A stretch of 64,000 nt of DNA from the human T2T-CHM13v2.0 reference genome, Homo sapiens. Numbering within the stretch: position 1 is the first letter of the stretch; the number at the start of each line of letters is the position of its first letter. The position numbers and the translations under genes were made by a program. The stretch lies in NCBI RefSeq assembly GCF_009914755.1, contig NC_060937.1; one strand, given 5' to 3'. This document shows positions 1 to 13,130 of the stretch, one piece after another. The notes beneath the pieces are model-generated. The model had not been told where the DNA came from and did not search any database. It worked only from the letters and a program-made list of their open reading frames with translations.

Positions 1-191
1 AATTACAATATAACCTAAGTACAACAGAGATGTGAATACATTGCTTTTAATTTCTGGCAGAAGGCTGGCTGTTGGAAGTTAGTCATCAAAGACTCAATTT
101 TTAAGTTTGTTAGGGCAACTATTACATAGGGAACTGATGACTAAATTTATAAAATGCATGTATTTGCATTTTTTGAAGTACATATTTAATA

Positions 192-431
192 CAGGCTGAG
201 CATCCCTAATTCAAAAATCTGAATCCAAAACCCAAAACTTTTTGAGCACCAATTATGATGTTCAAAGGTCCTGCTCAAAGGAAATGTTCATTAGAGCATT
301 TCAGATTTCAGGTTTTCAGATTAAAGATACTCAACTGGTAAGTATAATGCAAATATTCAAAAATTAAAAAAAAAATCTGAAATCCAAACACTTCTGGTCC
401 CAAGCATTTCGGATAAGGGATACTCTACCTG
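192..431 (+). mobile_element. Tigger4/Zombi-type (MER46) TcMar MITE
   Basis: TIRs CAGGCTGAGCATCCCT...AGGGATACTCTACCTG, TA on the left flank, typical internal AAATCTGAA/TTTCAGATTT motifs. Confidence 0.85.
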
Positions 432-615
432 TGTCAGTCTCAAGGAATTACAGCATCTTTGTTCACAGAAGCAATATACATTCTTCTGTCCAGCACACTC
501 ATGAAACAATGTAGGATTCACACAATAGTCCCCCATAGGAGCCTCAATCTATCTGCAGCCATTCTGCATGACAGCAGCTGTCTCTGCAGAATGACCCAAT
601 CAACTCCGTGCCCAA
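429..615 (-). other. candidate exon of minus-strand transcript
   Basis: acceptor tttcttacttgacag|TTG, donor CAG|GTAGAG; splice signals only. Confidence 0.25.
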
Positions 616-763
616 CTGTCAAGTAAGAAACTGGCTGAGCAAGAGCCAAGTATGGTCAAGAGAAAAATCTGTATGGGGAAAAAAGCACTACTAAGGAATG
701 AGAGCATGGCAATATGGTGTCCCTAGAATTCAGTCCTGGTTTGGCACAGGTAACCTTCCTTAC

Positions 764-863
764 TGCAAATAACACTACTGCAGGTGATAATTAACCCAGA
801 CTGGCTTTCTTTTACTACTTTTCTCACATCTAGTCCACCTCCCCTTCCTTCAAGACCTGGCAT
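764..863 (-). other. candidate exon (alternative donor would end it at 755)
   Basis: acceptor catttctcaaacag|ATG; donors GCA|GTAAGG or AAG|GTTACC; purine-rich body. Confidence 0.35.
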
Positions 864-2194
864 CTGTTTGAGAAATGTCAAGTAGTGAAATTTTAATATT
901 AGCTCAAGGAAAACATAATTAAGGAAATACATCTGCCACAAAATTAGAGACCAAATTGCACTTTATTATTCCTTTGAGTGTGTGATACCTGTATAACTAT
1001 GCTTCTCCAGCAATATGAAGAATCGAGTGTATAACCAAACTTCACTTAATTACAGACAGCTATCAAGTTGTTGCAATTCAATTTAAAATACAGTATATTT
1101 AAAGAGAATCAAAATTACGTTAGGCATACCTAGCAAAAAAGAGTTAAGAAAAAATGCCAACACCTCAACTTTTGAGTACTTCCTAGCATTATAACACTTC
1201 ATATATATTCATTATATTCATTATATCTTATAAATATATTCACTATGTAGTATTCATTATATCATATTCATTCATTATAACACTTTGTATATATATTTGT
1301 ATATGTTCAATCACTATGTAGTAATAATATAGTAATTTCATTGCTGATTCTGTGAAACTATTCTTTATTTTATGAAAGCTGTTCCTAGGAAAAATTAGGA
1401 ATTTTTCTGTTAACATTTTTGTAGGACTCTCGAGTTCTATACATTACTTTTGTAAACTACTTTTGGACTTTCCTACAAGGGCTCACAAATGAACACTTAA
1501 GTCTGCACACGGTAATGCTACAGTTTAGTTTCAAAAGCTTTGCCATCTTTGTATACAATGCTGGCTTTGCATAATTATTTACAGTTTTATTGAATTTTGA
1601 CCTGATTTTATTAAATAATAGTGAGTTAATATTAAGCTGTTAATAGCAATAAGCAGATATTATGTAAATTTAACAAAATAACACAAGATGGAAATCAATA
1701 TGCGTGCAGGAAGATGTGAGGCTTTTAACAACAACTGGACACTGAGTAGACATAAGTTGGTTGACTGTCATGTTCAGATGTGATGAAGAAAGAAATTAAA
1801 GAATGTCTATGATGAATTGAGAACATATCATCTAAGATCAGACAGTTTATAATTTTAAAAATCTCTGGGAATGGGATAAACATTGATCAACTCATAGCCT
1901 CTTGCAGGCCAGCACTGTCTGAATGCAGGGGATGGCCTTTGCGCCTCATCTGTCACTGTCACCATCGCTGGGAGCCCTTTCTCTTAACCTGAGGTATATC
2001 AGTTTCCTGCTGGCCCCTTCAGCATTCTCCATACCCACAACGATTATCTGTTGGCATCTCAGTGATTACACTGTGAGCCCCTCAAAGATAGATAGTATCT
2101 CATTGATTTTCCTATCGGTGACCAATAGGTGCTTCATGAAGTATGTTTCATGCAACAGAACACACATGCTCCAAGGGCATGATTTTTTTCTAAC

Positions 2195-2259
2195 CTTGCC
2201 ACTGTCTCCAGAGAAAAGAGGAAGTTCTTCTTCCATATGGACTCAGTCCTGGGCAGTCC
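2195..2259 (-). other. candidate 65-nt exon containing ATG (MEEELPLFSGDSGK)
   Basis: acceptor actttttcctcag|GG, donor AAG|GTTAGA, GAAGAAGAA enhancer-like motif, non-repeat sequence. Confidence 0.55.
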
Positions 2260-4664
2260 CTGAGGAAAAAGTATGTGGTAAAATCAGGATCCCTTATGTT
2301 CGATGGAACCAGGCAGGTTAAAATTACTTTACTTCTAATTAGCAGGGAAAATAAGCTAAGCTCAAATGTTGTGAAAGGAAGATAAAGGAATTAAGCTTTA
2401 GGCATGGGAATGAACAGCTATAAAACTCCAAAAATGTTTTAACTGTTCTGGAACTACTGGATGGCCTCTTACGGGAATCTTCCTGCTGAGGTCTGAAAAA
2501 GTAGTCTCAAAATTCACATGGGTCCTTAACTCTATAAAGGAAATCAGTAGAAAATTTTCATTTCAGAGTTGACTTCCTGTGATAAGGAAAAATAAATTTT
2601 AGACCTTTGTCAACTTTTCTCTGGGATTGGAAAGTTCCAAATCACGGGGAAGAGCGGACATCAATTCTCAGCTCCACAGAAGAATATATGATTTGCTAAG
2701 CTGGAAAAAAAAAAGGAGAAATGAATGAAAATGATGAAAAAAATGAATGAATGAATGTGGCTTTGTTATTCTGGACTTAATGAAAAATCTGAAACAACAG
2801 CCATCAAATATGTAGCAATGCACTAAATGTTCTTGCCTTAATAACCATGCCCACATCACCTACTTTCTACCAGGTAAAAGTAACAGCAGGAGCAGCTCTA
2901 GCAGAAGCTATGCAATATGTCTGGACTGTGGTTTAATCATTATGTAGTTAACGATTTCATCATTAAAAATAAATAAAAATAAAATATTCTCTCTCCTCCA
3001 AAAAGCAATTTAATAAGGCTGTATTTAATGATGTTGCTTTTTCTAATTGACGAGGTAGGGTCTATTTACTTAAATACAATCTATTATTTCAGGTACTAAC
3101 ATCAGAACATTTTATCTGGTATTTTCTACAGTAGAGTGAGAGCCTCATAATAGACAGATAAAAACAATAATCAAAATACAGCCAAGTCTAAACAGTGTTC
3201 CTTATCAATGTTTTCTATGCCCTTGAGGATATTAGTAATTTTTTTCCTCAGCTATAAAAAGATCTCTCAGAATACGAGAAATCATAATTTATTCAGAATT
3301 ATTATAACTTAAAATTATGAAAATTAATAGCAAAGTATTACTTTCTAACATTTGGAAACAAGTAAAAAAGATATGCTTGCTTTTTAGAAGATTACTTAGA
3401 AGTTTCTCACTTAAAAATTTATAAACCGATCTGATTGACAATATGGAAAGATATTCTGTCATTTTAATTAATACTTACTACATATTATCTATGGCATCTT
3501 AGCAGATCTGTTAAAATCCTAATTTTCTCTAAGACCCAGCATGACTGCCACTGAGATTTACATCAATGTGGATCCTGATTACCCAAATGGGCTGGGACCT
3601 CTTCTCTGTATTTCCACAGCACTTTTTGTTTTGTTTTTAACTACATTGAAGGCATTTTTCAAATTCTGCCTCATATGACAGTTATTCTTGTATGATGTAC
3701 CTTCTCTATTAATTGGTAAGTTCTTCAAAAGGGCAGACGATTCCTTCATTGCTATAACCCACAGCCCATGGCTCAGAGTAAAACGCAACGTATTCATACA
3801 AAGCATCCTTAGAACCCAGCTTTTTGTATACTGGAACTGGCCTGTAACCAAAGTTCCCTCTCCTTCTGCCTCACCCTATCAGGAAACACTTTTTCCATAT
3901 TTGCCCCAAGTTTACTGGAATAAAAAATAAAAGGAGAGGAGAAGAAAGAGGGAGAGAAGAGAAAAAAGAAGGGACCAAGTAGAGATGTGACTGCCCCTCA
4001 CTGCACTACCCTAGGCCCCCTTTCGTTCCTAGCAGAAGGGAAATCTTCCTAATGTGCTAAAATCATGAAAAACCGATCCTGGGCTTTTGAGTAGGAAATA
4101 ACCTCTTTTCAGTGTCTTTTATCAATTTCAAGTAAAATTAAACTCTTTAAAATTAGAATGGTAGGAAAACAGGCCATTCTGTTTATCTGACATCAGGTTA
4201 AGACATAATTGTATGTATGTCATGGAAATTACCACATTCAAAGAAATGACATGCAGGATTCAAATTGAATGAAATGTAAGATTAACATAATTTCATATTT
4301 GTCAATCAGAAAGTCCTTCAAGATTTAAAAATAAATCAAGATTAATTACTATTGTATAATACTATTAAAAAGTGTTTTGAATTTTTTAGCATTGTGGGAG
4401 ATGGTTGGCTTTTTTTTTTACATTATTTCAATGTGATGCATACATAATAAAGAAAACTATCATCCCCAATTTGCATGTATAGTTTGTGCACTACACGTGG
4501 AGATTACCTTACCCTGTTATCCATGTGATTTCACCAGGCTATTAACAATATGTTGATATATATACTTAAAATAACAATTCACAATATACATACAGAAAGC
4601 CATATCCATGATGTGATAAAATGTATTCTAAATAACAACAGCAATAACAACAGTAAAAATAAAG

Positions 4665-4855
4665 TTATTCTGTGCCAGGCACTAAGTGCCTCACCTTATT
4701 TAATCTTTATAATATCCAAATGAAACAGGTTAATCATTGCCTCCATTTTATTCACACATTTCAGTAACGTGACCAATAGTCACCAACCAATCAGTGTCAG
4801 AGCCAGTATTTGAACCAGGACTATTCCAAAGCCCTTGTTTTGGGACCCTCCACTG
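4665..4855 (-). mobile_element. MIR SINE fragment
   Basis: tgtgccaggcact...tttaatct...ccatttta...gagccagtatttgaaccagg core. Confidence 0.7.
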
Positions 4856-5339
4856 TATTTCAGGGCTAGATACTTTAAGTTTTTCTTGTGTACATTCTCA
4901 ACAGTTCTATTTTATACTGACTGGCTGGGAGCATTCCCTCCAAAAACTTTTGTACCTGATTGTTTTAAATTTCTGGAACCCAGTATTCAGTCATCTTTAA
5001 TCCTGTTCCTTTTAGATCCTTGTAAAGTTGTCTTCTAGAGCAAAGTTAATGTGACTGGAAATATAAATACACAAATAAATTCTATTAGAGAAAAACAGAA
5101 GGAAAAGAATATACTGTCTTGCACATTTAACAATCCATTCTTTATCTGAGAAAAATACAGCTTAAAAATTGTATCTGTGCTATCTACTATTAAAAAGTCA
5201 GCAGCAGAGATGCTCTATTATAAAAATACTAAAGTTATAAAATGTAACTTTAGAATATCATACTTTATAAGCTTCAGGAGAGGGTTTCAACAATTTGGAC
5301 ACTGAAACACATGAAAAAATGCACACTAAGGAGAATTTA

Positions 5340-5668
5340 ATCTATAGTATTTCCATATGGAAAATAAAAGAGAATCCATGTGGAAATGTAAAAAAAAGCA
5401 AAACTTTCAAACTTTTAGAAGTATAGAAATATATTTATGACCTCAGAGCAGTTAAAGATTTCATACATAAGACAGGAAAGCATAAAACACAAAGAAAAGA
5501 GCAGTAAACTTGAACAAAAGGAAAAATATGCCACAGAATGGGGGAAGATATTTGTAACATGCATAATGGACAGCTTGGAAAGGATCCATACACAAAATAT
5601 ATAAAGAATGCCTGCAAATCAGTAAGAATAAAACAAACGACACAATTCAAAAGTGAGCAAAGGATTCA

Positions 5669-5707
<39 letters not shown>

Positions 5708-6230
5708 GTTATATATGTATATATAACTGAAATTTCACAAAATAATTCTTACTCCTCCTACATGAGATGCTTGATATCTTTTCCATTTTTCTACTTTATG
5801 CTATTTTATTCTACCCTACTCTATCCTATTTTATCTTGTTCAATTTCATTTTAAAAGAAAATGCTGATCTCAGCCCACTAATTTCCAGATCACTAACAAG
5901 TCCTGCAATTTTAGCAACACTGCCCTAGATAAACTCTAGAGCATACACACAAATATTCCCAATAGCAAAAAGCAAGAAAGAACAAATTGATCAACAAAAC
6001 CAATAAACTGTGGCATATGCATACTATATAGCTATTAAAATAAATTATCTAGAATCAAAACAGGTATATCTACAAAACAATGTTCACCAAAATCACTAAG
6101 TCACAAAATGATACATATGGTATCATTTGATAACATTTGATATTTGATAACATTTTAAAACATGCAGAAGACAGTACTATTTTAATGTGTTATGGATACC
6201 AACATATGCATGGCTAGACTTTGATGGGAA
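5340..6230 (+). mobile_element. old L1ME-type fragments, interrupted by (TA)n and a probable hAT-Charlie fragment
   Basis: degenerate ORF2/3' motifs (gggaagatatttg, aaatatataaagaa, ataaactgtggcatat). Confidence 0.6.
5671..5725. repeat. (TA)n microsatellite
   Basis: direct reading. Confidence 0.95.
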
Positions 6231-6550
6231 TTTTTTCGTGGGGAAGTTTTGGTGGAGGGAATACCAAAGATAAAAGGTCCCATGTAACTCTGTCAATGAA
6301 TTGGTATGCTACAGCTTTTCCATCTGACAAGATGGTTTTCAAGATTTTAAGCTTAAATTAATCATCTCAGGATGGAGAGATTAAGGTTACCCAATGTTAA
6401 AGAAAATAAACTCTTAAAATGAGAATGCTATCATTCTAATTTTGCCTTTACCAAGGACATGGAAATTCAATAAACGTTTGGTAATGAAAACTCATAAACT
6501 ATAATTTCTTTAGCCATCTGTAAAATAAAATTGAATCAATACCCTAGGAA

Positions 6551-6833
<283 letters not shown>

Positions 6834-6844
6834 AATTTTTTTAA

Positions 6845-6916
6845 TGAGCTATGATCGCACCACTGCACATTAGCCTAAGCAACAGAGCAAGACTCTGTCT
6901 CTAAGAAAATAAAAAT
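6845..6916 (+). mobile_element. Alu 3' fragment
   Basis: tgagctatgatcgcaccactgcac...gactctgtctc plus A tail. Confidence 0.85.
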
Positions 6917-7229
<313 letters not shown>

Positions 7230-7605
7230 TTAAATAGGAGGATTAAATAACATATCCAATGAGTAGCATTTATACTATTGTACCTGTAAGAAAAATCCAA
7301 AATAGTTAAAAAAATGTTTAATATCAGTGTATTAAAATGGCAAAAATGTGCTTTCTACTTATGGTCTAAATCTGCTTACAAATGTCCCCCCTTTTCTGCA
7401 TAGGAGGGCAATGTTTCTTGTAGAGCCAAGGCAGAAGCTGGCAACAGTATTGGGAAGATTTTCTTCATAGTGACAGTGTTACAGCATAAGATCATCTCAT
7501 ATCATCTTACTATAGGATGACAGTAATATTATCTTACTATCTTACTATGTGTTACTTTATTAGTTTTTCCCTTATATGTTTGTTTTGGGATATATGACTT
7601 GGCTC

Positions 7606-7682
7606 ATATATATATATATATGATATATATATATATGATATATATTTATATATGATATATATATATGATATATATTTATATT
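7606..7682. repeat. compound (TA)n/(TATATGA)n repeat
   Basis: direct reading. Confidence 0.9.
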
Positions 7683-7824
7683 AAAAGGTGCTTTGTTCTT
7701 TGCAAAACAGTCTCCTATGTTATTTCCTCATTTTATTAAAATGTAACCTAAAACTGTTTTTACAGAATCTTATTATACTAATGTTTGCCTTGCAATATAA
7801 ATAGAAAATGGAATGATAAGTAAC

Positions 7825-7904
7825 CTCTCCACGCAGAAGTTCCTGCCACTGATCTCTGTCTTTAAAGGTTCCAAATGGGACACTCGGTGGCCAGTAGTTC
7901 AAGT
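7825..7904 (-). other. candidate 80-nt exon
   Basis: acceptor cattacttttgtacag|AC, donor GAG|GTTACT (weak); GC-richer patch in very AT-rich unique DNA. Confidence 0.5.
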
Positions 7905-10164
7905 CTGTACAAAAGTAATGTTTCAAAGCCAAATATATATCAAGTAAGGTAATCTGTCACATGACATTTCCTATTTCAGCTGTTTTCCTAATTGTACGGT
8001 TCACTAATTTATTTTTAAAGTATCCCTGTTTGGGGCAGATAACTCCTTATTTCTATATATTCTATGTTGAGAGTTTTCTCTACACTTTTAAAAACTACAC
8101 AGTTGAAGACTACTGAACAAGGGGACACTCTTTTGATAATGTGATAAACACATTCATTCTTAATCCTCACATAAAGTCAAATAATTCATTTGCCTGTACA
8201 AAAGATATAACAGGCAGTCTGTACATATTATTTGTGGCAAAGTAATCAGTATTAATCAGTGTATCTGCTACACAATGTGTTATATTACTCGGTAATACCT
8301 CTGACCTAAAAAATGAGTTAAGCTGATTATGGGACATAGGTTCATTTGCCTAATTCATTCAACAAATATTAATTCAGTGCCTGCAGTAGGCACTGAATTG
8401 AAAGCAAATACATGAGAGCAAACAGAATAACGTAGAGCAAAACAATATCCAGCTCTCTTAGGGACTTCTGTCCACATTACCCCAACCCAATGGTAGGTTT
8501 TAAATGCTGACATTTTGCAGTTAATCAGGGGCTTCTAAATGCTAATAATTCTTCTTTAGAAGTGATTACAGAAGAAGGGGTGAAAAAAAATAGCAATTCC
8601 TGCAGAGAAGTCCCAGTATTACATATTTTAAAATTCAACTTAATGAGATCAACTCTAAAGCTATGCTTGAGAAACACACTGATATTTTTAGAATTCTCTC
8701 AATATAGAACTCTATGCTTAAAATTATCCCATCTGGGTGGGTAACACATTTGATGATGCTTTTATAATCAAAAGAAACAGGAAATTAAATAATATCGATA
8801 TCTTTTAGGGTACCAGCATGCAGTTTACAGCATCGGTGTGTTAATGAGCTGCAGACCACATAAATTTCAATAGGATAATGATGGTTCCCAAATATATCCT
8901 TAGGTGAGTCATTAGATAGTATCTTTAATAGCTTTTTAAGGGTCATCTTCAAGTTATAAATAATATAAATACGTATACAATAAAACATGATCCCAGTTTT
9001 CACTTGCAAAAAGGGATAGTGTTAGCTGTAATATTAGCTCCACTTAAATGAGATGTCTAAAATCAATGACAAGTAACAGTAAAATACCTACATGGCTAAT
9101 TAAAATGGAACAATTATAAACAGGACGGACAAAACTAAAACACTAAAAGCATAACTAAAACTAGCACACAACCTCAAAGGAAATGGTATTGTCATATGTT
9201 CATGAAAAACAGAAAACTGTTGTGTAGAATACAGAAACCCTGTTGCTATTTTAATTATTTGTTTTTTTAAAAAGTTTTCCAAATTTCAACAAGAGTGATG
9301 AGTCAGATCTTCAGTACAAAGCAAAGCGGTATTTAATTGAAAAGATTACTGAGCTTGACAACTTCAGTCTTTTCAGCCACACACGGCAAAAGTGTCATTT
9401 TCAAATATGAAAAATAACCAACATAAATGATAAAAATATTTTTAAGTTGTTATATGCACTAATGTGAGTTGAGATTTGAGATCTCATTTGTAAATCCATT
9501 TTAAATCTCGGTCCTTATAGATTTAATCCAATTTTTCAAAAAAAAATCTTAACACGCCTGCTACAGAGATCCTAATTGTTAAAGATCTTTGACCCACAGC
9601 ATATATATTCCTTCAACATGGCAGGCCCTCTTGGCCTTGGCTCATTTCCACTTGAGATTGGTTTTGTTCAGTATTATATACATACATACACGCAGCATAA
9701 TACAGGACATATTATAATGCAGTCAAAATTTATGTTTTATTCACATACTATCTCCTACTGGTACTTGTTAGCTCAAAACATCTTCCATAGGGAGATATAC
9801 ATAAGAGATATTAGCTCAGGCCAATTAGCAAGGCTGAAGACGTAAAAGAAACCCACTCTAATGTCAAATTAATGCTGAAAAATTATTATGGTTTAAGTTT
9901 CCTGGAAACTTTCACGTTGTTAGAATGTGATCACCATGTGAACTAGATACATGTTCCTTCCAGACAATGAAAGCTGGAAGTATCATCTCAGCCTTCCATT
10001 GATGGACATTATCAATATCCCTTACCAGGAGGCAAGCCATCCACTCCTTTGAAGTAAAATCTCCAAGTAGAACTCTCTTTTAGTCTTTAACAAGAGTCCT
10101 TAATGTCACTCTGTAACCCCAATAATTCCTGGTCTCCAATCTACCTTTTCCTGGACAATTTTAA

Positions 10165-10484
<320 letters not shown>

Positions 10485-10717
10485 TGATTTGTAGTAATTT
10501 AAATCCAAGTAAACCTCAACAGTAGCAGTATCTTGGGGCATTTAAATTTTACTTTAACCAACTGATAAAACCAAACTTGAATATGACAATTTCATAGGGC
10601 ATAAGCAAATTCCATGGACTCCTTACATTTATGGTCCTAGATTAATAATATTTTGGTGTTTGAACAGAGTATTTGTAATCTATGTAAGTAAAGGACATGA
10701 GGGGAAACACACTTTAC

Positions 10718-10812
10718 TTTCTAAAATTATTCCTCTCCATCACCCTCTTTCTCTAAGCCTTCTTTAATTATGGATTGAAATTTAGTTAGGTCTATCTGGT
10801 TCATTCAGATAC
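10718..10812 (-). other. candidate 95-nt exon with 25-codon small ORF
   Basis: acceptor gacctctcttacag|GT, donor AAA|GTAAAG. Confidence 0.3.
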
Positions 10813-11329
10813 CTGTAAGAGAGGTCATTTATAGCATAACATCACACCAGGTGATTTAAGCTCCTCTCCTACACAGTTTCAAATACAGAAAAGCAATGAC
10901 CATTCTTAGAAAAGATCTTCACTAGTCATCCACAGTCAGAGGGACATTTAGAAGCAATTGCAAAAACTGTGGAGACAACGTACAGTTTTTCTCAGCACAA
11001 TTTACATAGATGTCTGGCTAGCTCTTCCTTGTAAAAGTCCAGTGTCTTCATTTGATGTGCTAAGTTAAACTGTAAACTCCTGAATAATTTGAACTCTTAT
11101 TTAGGAAAAAAATGTTTTTTCACCTATATACTATAAAAAATGGTGACGTTTATCACAAGGGTCATGCCGTGGGCTCCCATAAAAGACATTGTAGAGCACG
11201 ATAAAGAACGTTTTCTCCCAGAAGAACATTTATTTCTAAAACCCAGTTCCCCATGTTAAACATCACCTTTGGTTTATCCTTCAGACTCACCGTACCCATG
11301 ATGTTTAAAATTGCAACCCACACCTGCAC

Positions 11330-11539
11330 TCCCAATTCCCTTTCTCTGTTCTCCTTTTTCATTTTTTCATAGCATTTGTACTTTTCTAACCTAATATACA
11401 AATATGTTTTTTATCATTCTTTGCTAGAATGTAAGCTCCAGAGGGAAGGGATCTTTGTCTCTTTTGTTCATTGATGCATCCCAAGCATCAAGGACAGGAC
11501 GTGATAGAAAATCAATTTTTGTTGAATAAATGAATGAAT
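11330..11539 (+). mobile_element. L2 3' end
   Basis: ctagaatgtaagctcc...gttcattgatgcatccca...tgttgaataaatgaatgaat. Confidence 0.8.
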
Positions 11540-11549
11540 CTAGGTTGAG

Positions 11550-11940
11550 TTCAGTAAAAAAATATCTCTGGAGTAAGTTAGTTTCCAATTTTATTTCTAC
11601 AATTAACAAATACCTTCTGAGCTTCAATTATGGTGGAGATAGATTGATCATACCCTTACAAATATATAATATCAGATGGTGATTAAGTGCTACAAAGCCG
11701 AACCAGCAGTACAAGAGTTTGGAGAGCCAGACATTTTAGGTGAGGTAGTCACCTCTCTGAAATGATGGCAATTGTTTCAAGACTTAAATAAAGTTCTGTG
11801 CCATGCAGATTTGCGAAGAGTGGGAAAGTGAGCATTGAGCATACTGGAAATACCAAACGCAGACGCCCTGGGATGAGGGTCCGCTTGGCGAGCCCAGCAA
11901 GAGCAATAAGGCCTGAGTGGTGGAAGTGGGGTATGCAAGA
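11550..11940 (-). mobile_element. L2 fragment
   Basis: degenerate reverse-L2 motifs (gatggtgattaagtgcta, cctctctga, gccatgcagatttg). Confidence 0.55.
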
Positions 11941-12955
11941 ACGTATCATTCTTGTTGCTTTTACCTGCTGCTTAATAACACGCATGTACTGTCTAGCAGG
12001 AAATAAAGAGATTACGTTTCACCTAGAATACTCATTCTCTGAGCCTAAGTGGCTCTTCTATTCCAGCCCCCAAATATCTGTATCAGCACATCATATAAGA
12101 TTACAAAGCACAGAGTAATGACATTGTTAGAAACTCTTCACAGTAGCCCCAGGAGTCACGAAACTGACTTAACTAAGACCCACTGTCTAGTAAGGTGTAA
12201 AACCCAGCAGGAACGCAATACTAGGAAGGTGCAAAGCCAGGAGGCTCAATAAACGTTAAACAGTGTCTGGGGGAAAGAGCAACGATCCAGAGCACTGTTT
12301 GTGAACTCAACCACTTTTATTCAGCTCTGACAAGGTAAGTCGCCAAGCGCGGTACAAAGTAGCTCCATGAAATGCGTTTTGTTATAGTCCTGGTCTCGAA
12401 CTGTTGCAACATTTTATGTAATTTTTGCAAAGAACAAAAGCAAAAAGTTCATTCTAAATTAGCCTTCCAACTCAGTTCTTTCTCCGCCAAGACGGAGCAC
12501 TTGGAAAGTTTTCAATGTCTGAAAACCTCTATTTCCAGGGCTGAGCAGAGCACTATGTTGCGGCTTAAGACGCTCGGCGATTTCTTCCCATCCCTCCGCA
12601 GTTCCAAAACGGCTTCGCCTAACAAAGTCAAACTTTTCGCGCTATTCCTGGACATCAGGACCAAATGTCGAAAGCATATACTGCCACTGAGTTAGTGAGC
12701 CGGGCCGGTGCCCGGGACCTGGGGTACTAGATTTATGGGACGGGAGCCTAGGGGTCGAGGCCACAGAAATGAAAACATCGGCAACATATGCAGTGCAGCG
12801 AGTGGGTTAGGAGGGAGAAACTTCAGGCAGGACGCTCCCTCGGGACCTGTGACGCCCCCCCAGCCACACCAGACGTGGGAGCTTAGGATGAGAGCGGCCT
12901 CCGAGCAGATGATCACCCTGGAACGACGCCAAACGCGACCCCTACCAGAGGACTC

Positions 12956-13130
12956 GCGCATGCGCAGCGCAGCCTGGGCCGGCGGCCTGGGCAGGATGTA
13001 GTCGCGAGCAGCGCACCGGGCCCACGCCAGCGGAATTGCGCATGCGCAGGGCCGCCTCTGCCTGCGGCCTGGGCTGGGTGTAGCCCCGGAACCTAGCTCT
13101 TAACTCCCGCCAGCAGTTTTACGCATGCGC
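12956..13130. promoter_or_regulatory. three NRF1 motifs (12956-12965, 13037-13048, 13121-13130)
   Basis: GCGCATGCGC, perfect TGCGCATGCGCA and ACGCATGCGC match the NRF1 palindrome. Confidence 0.85.
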
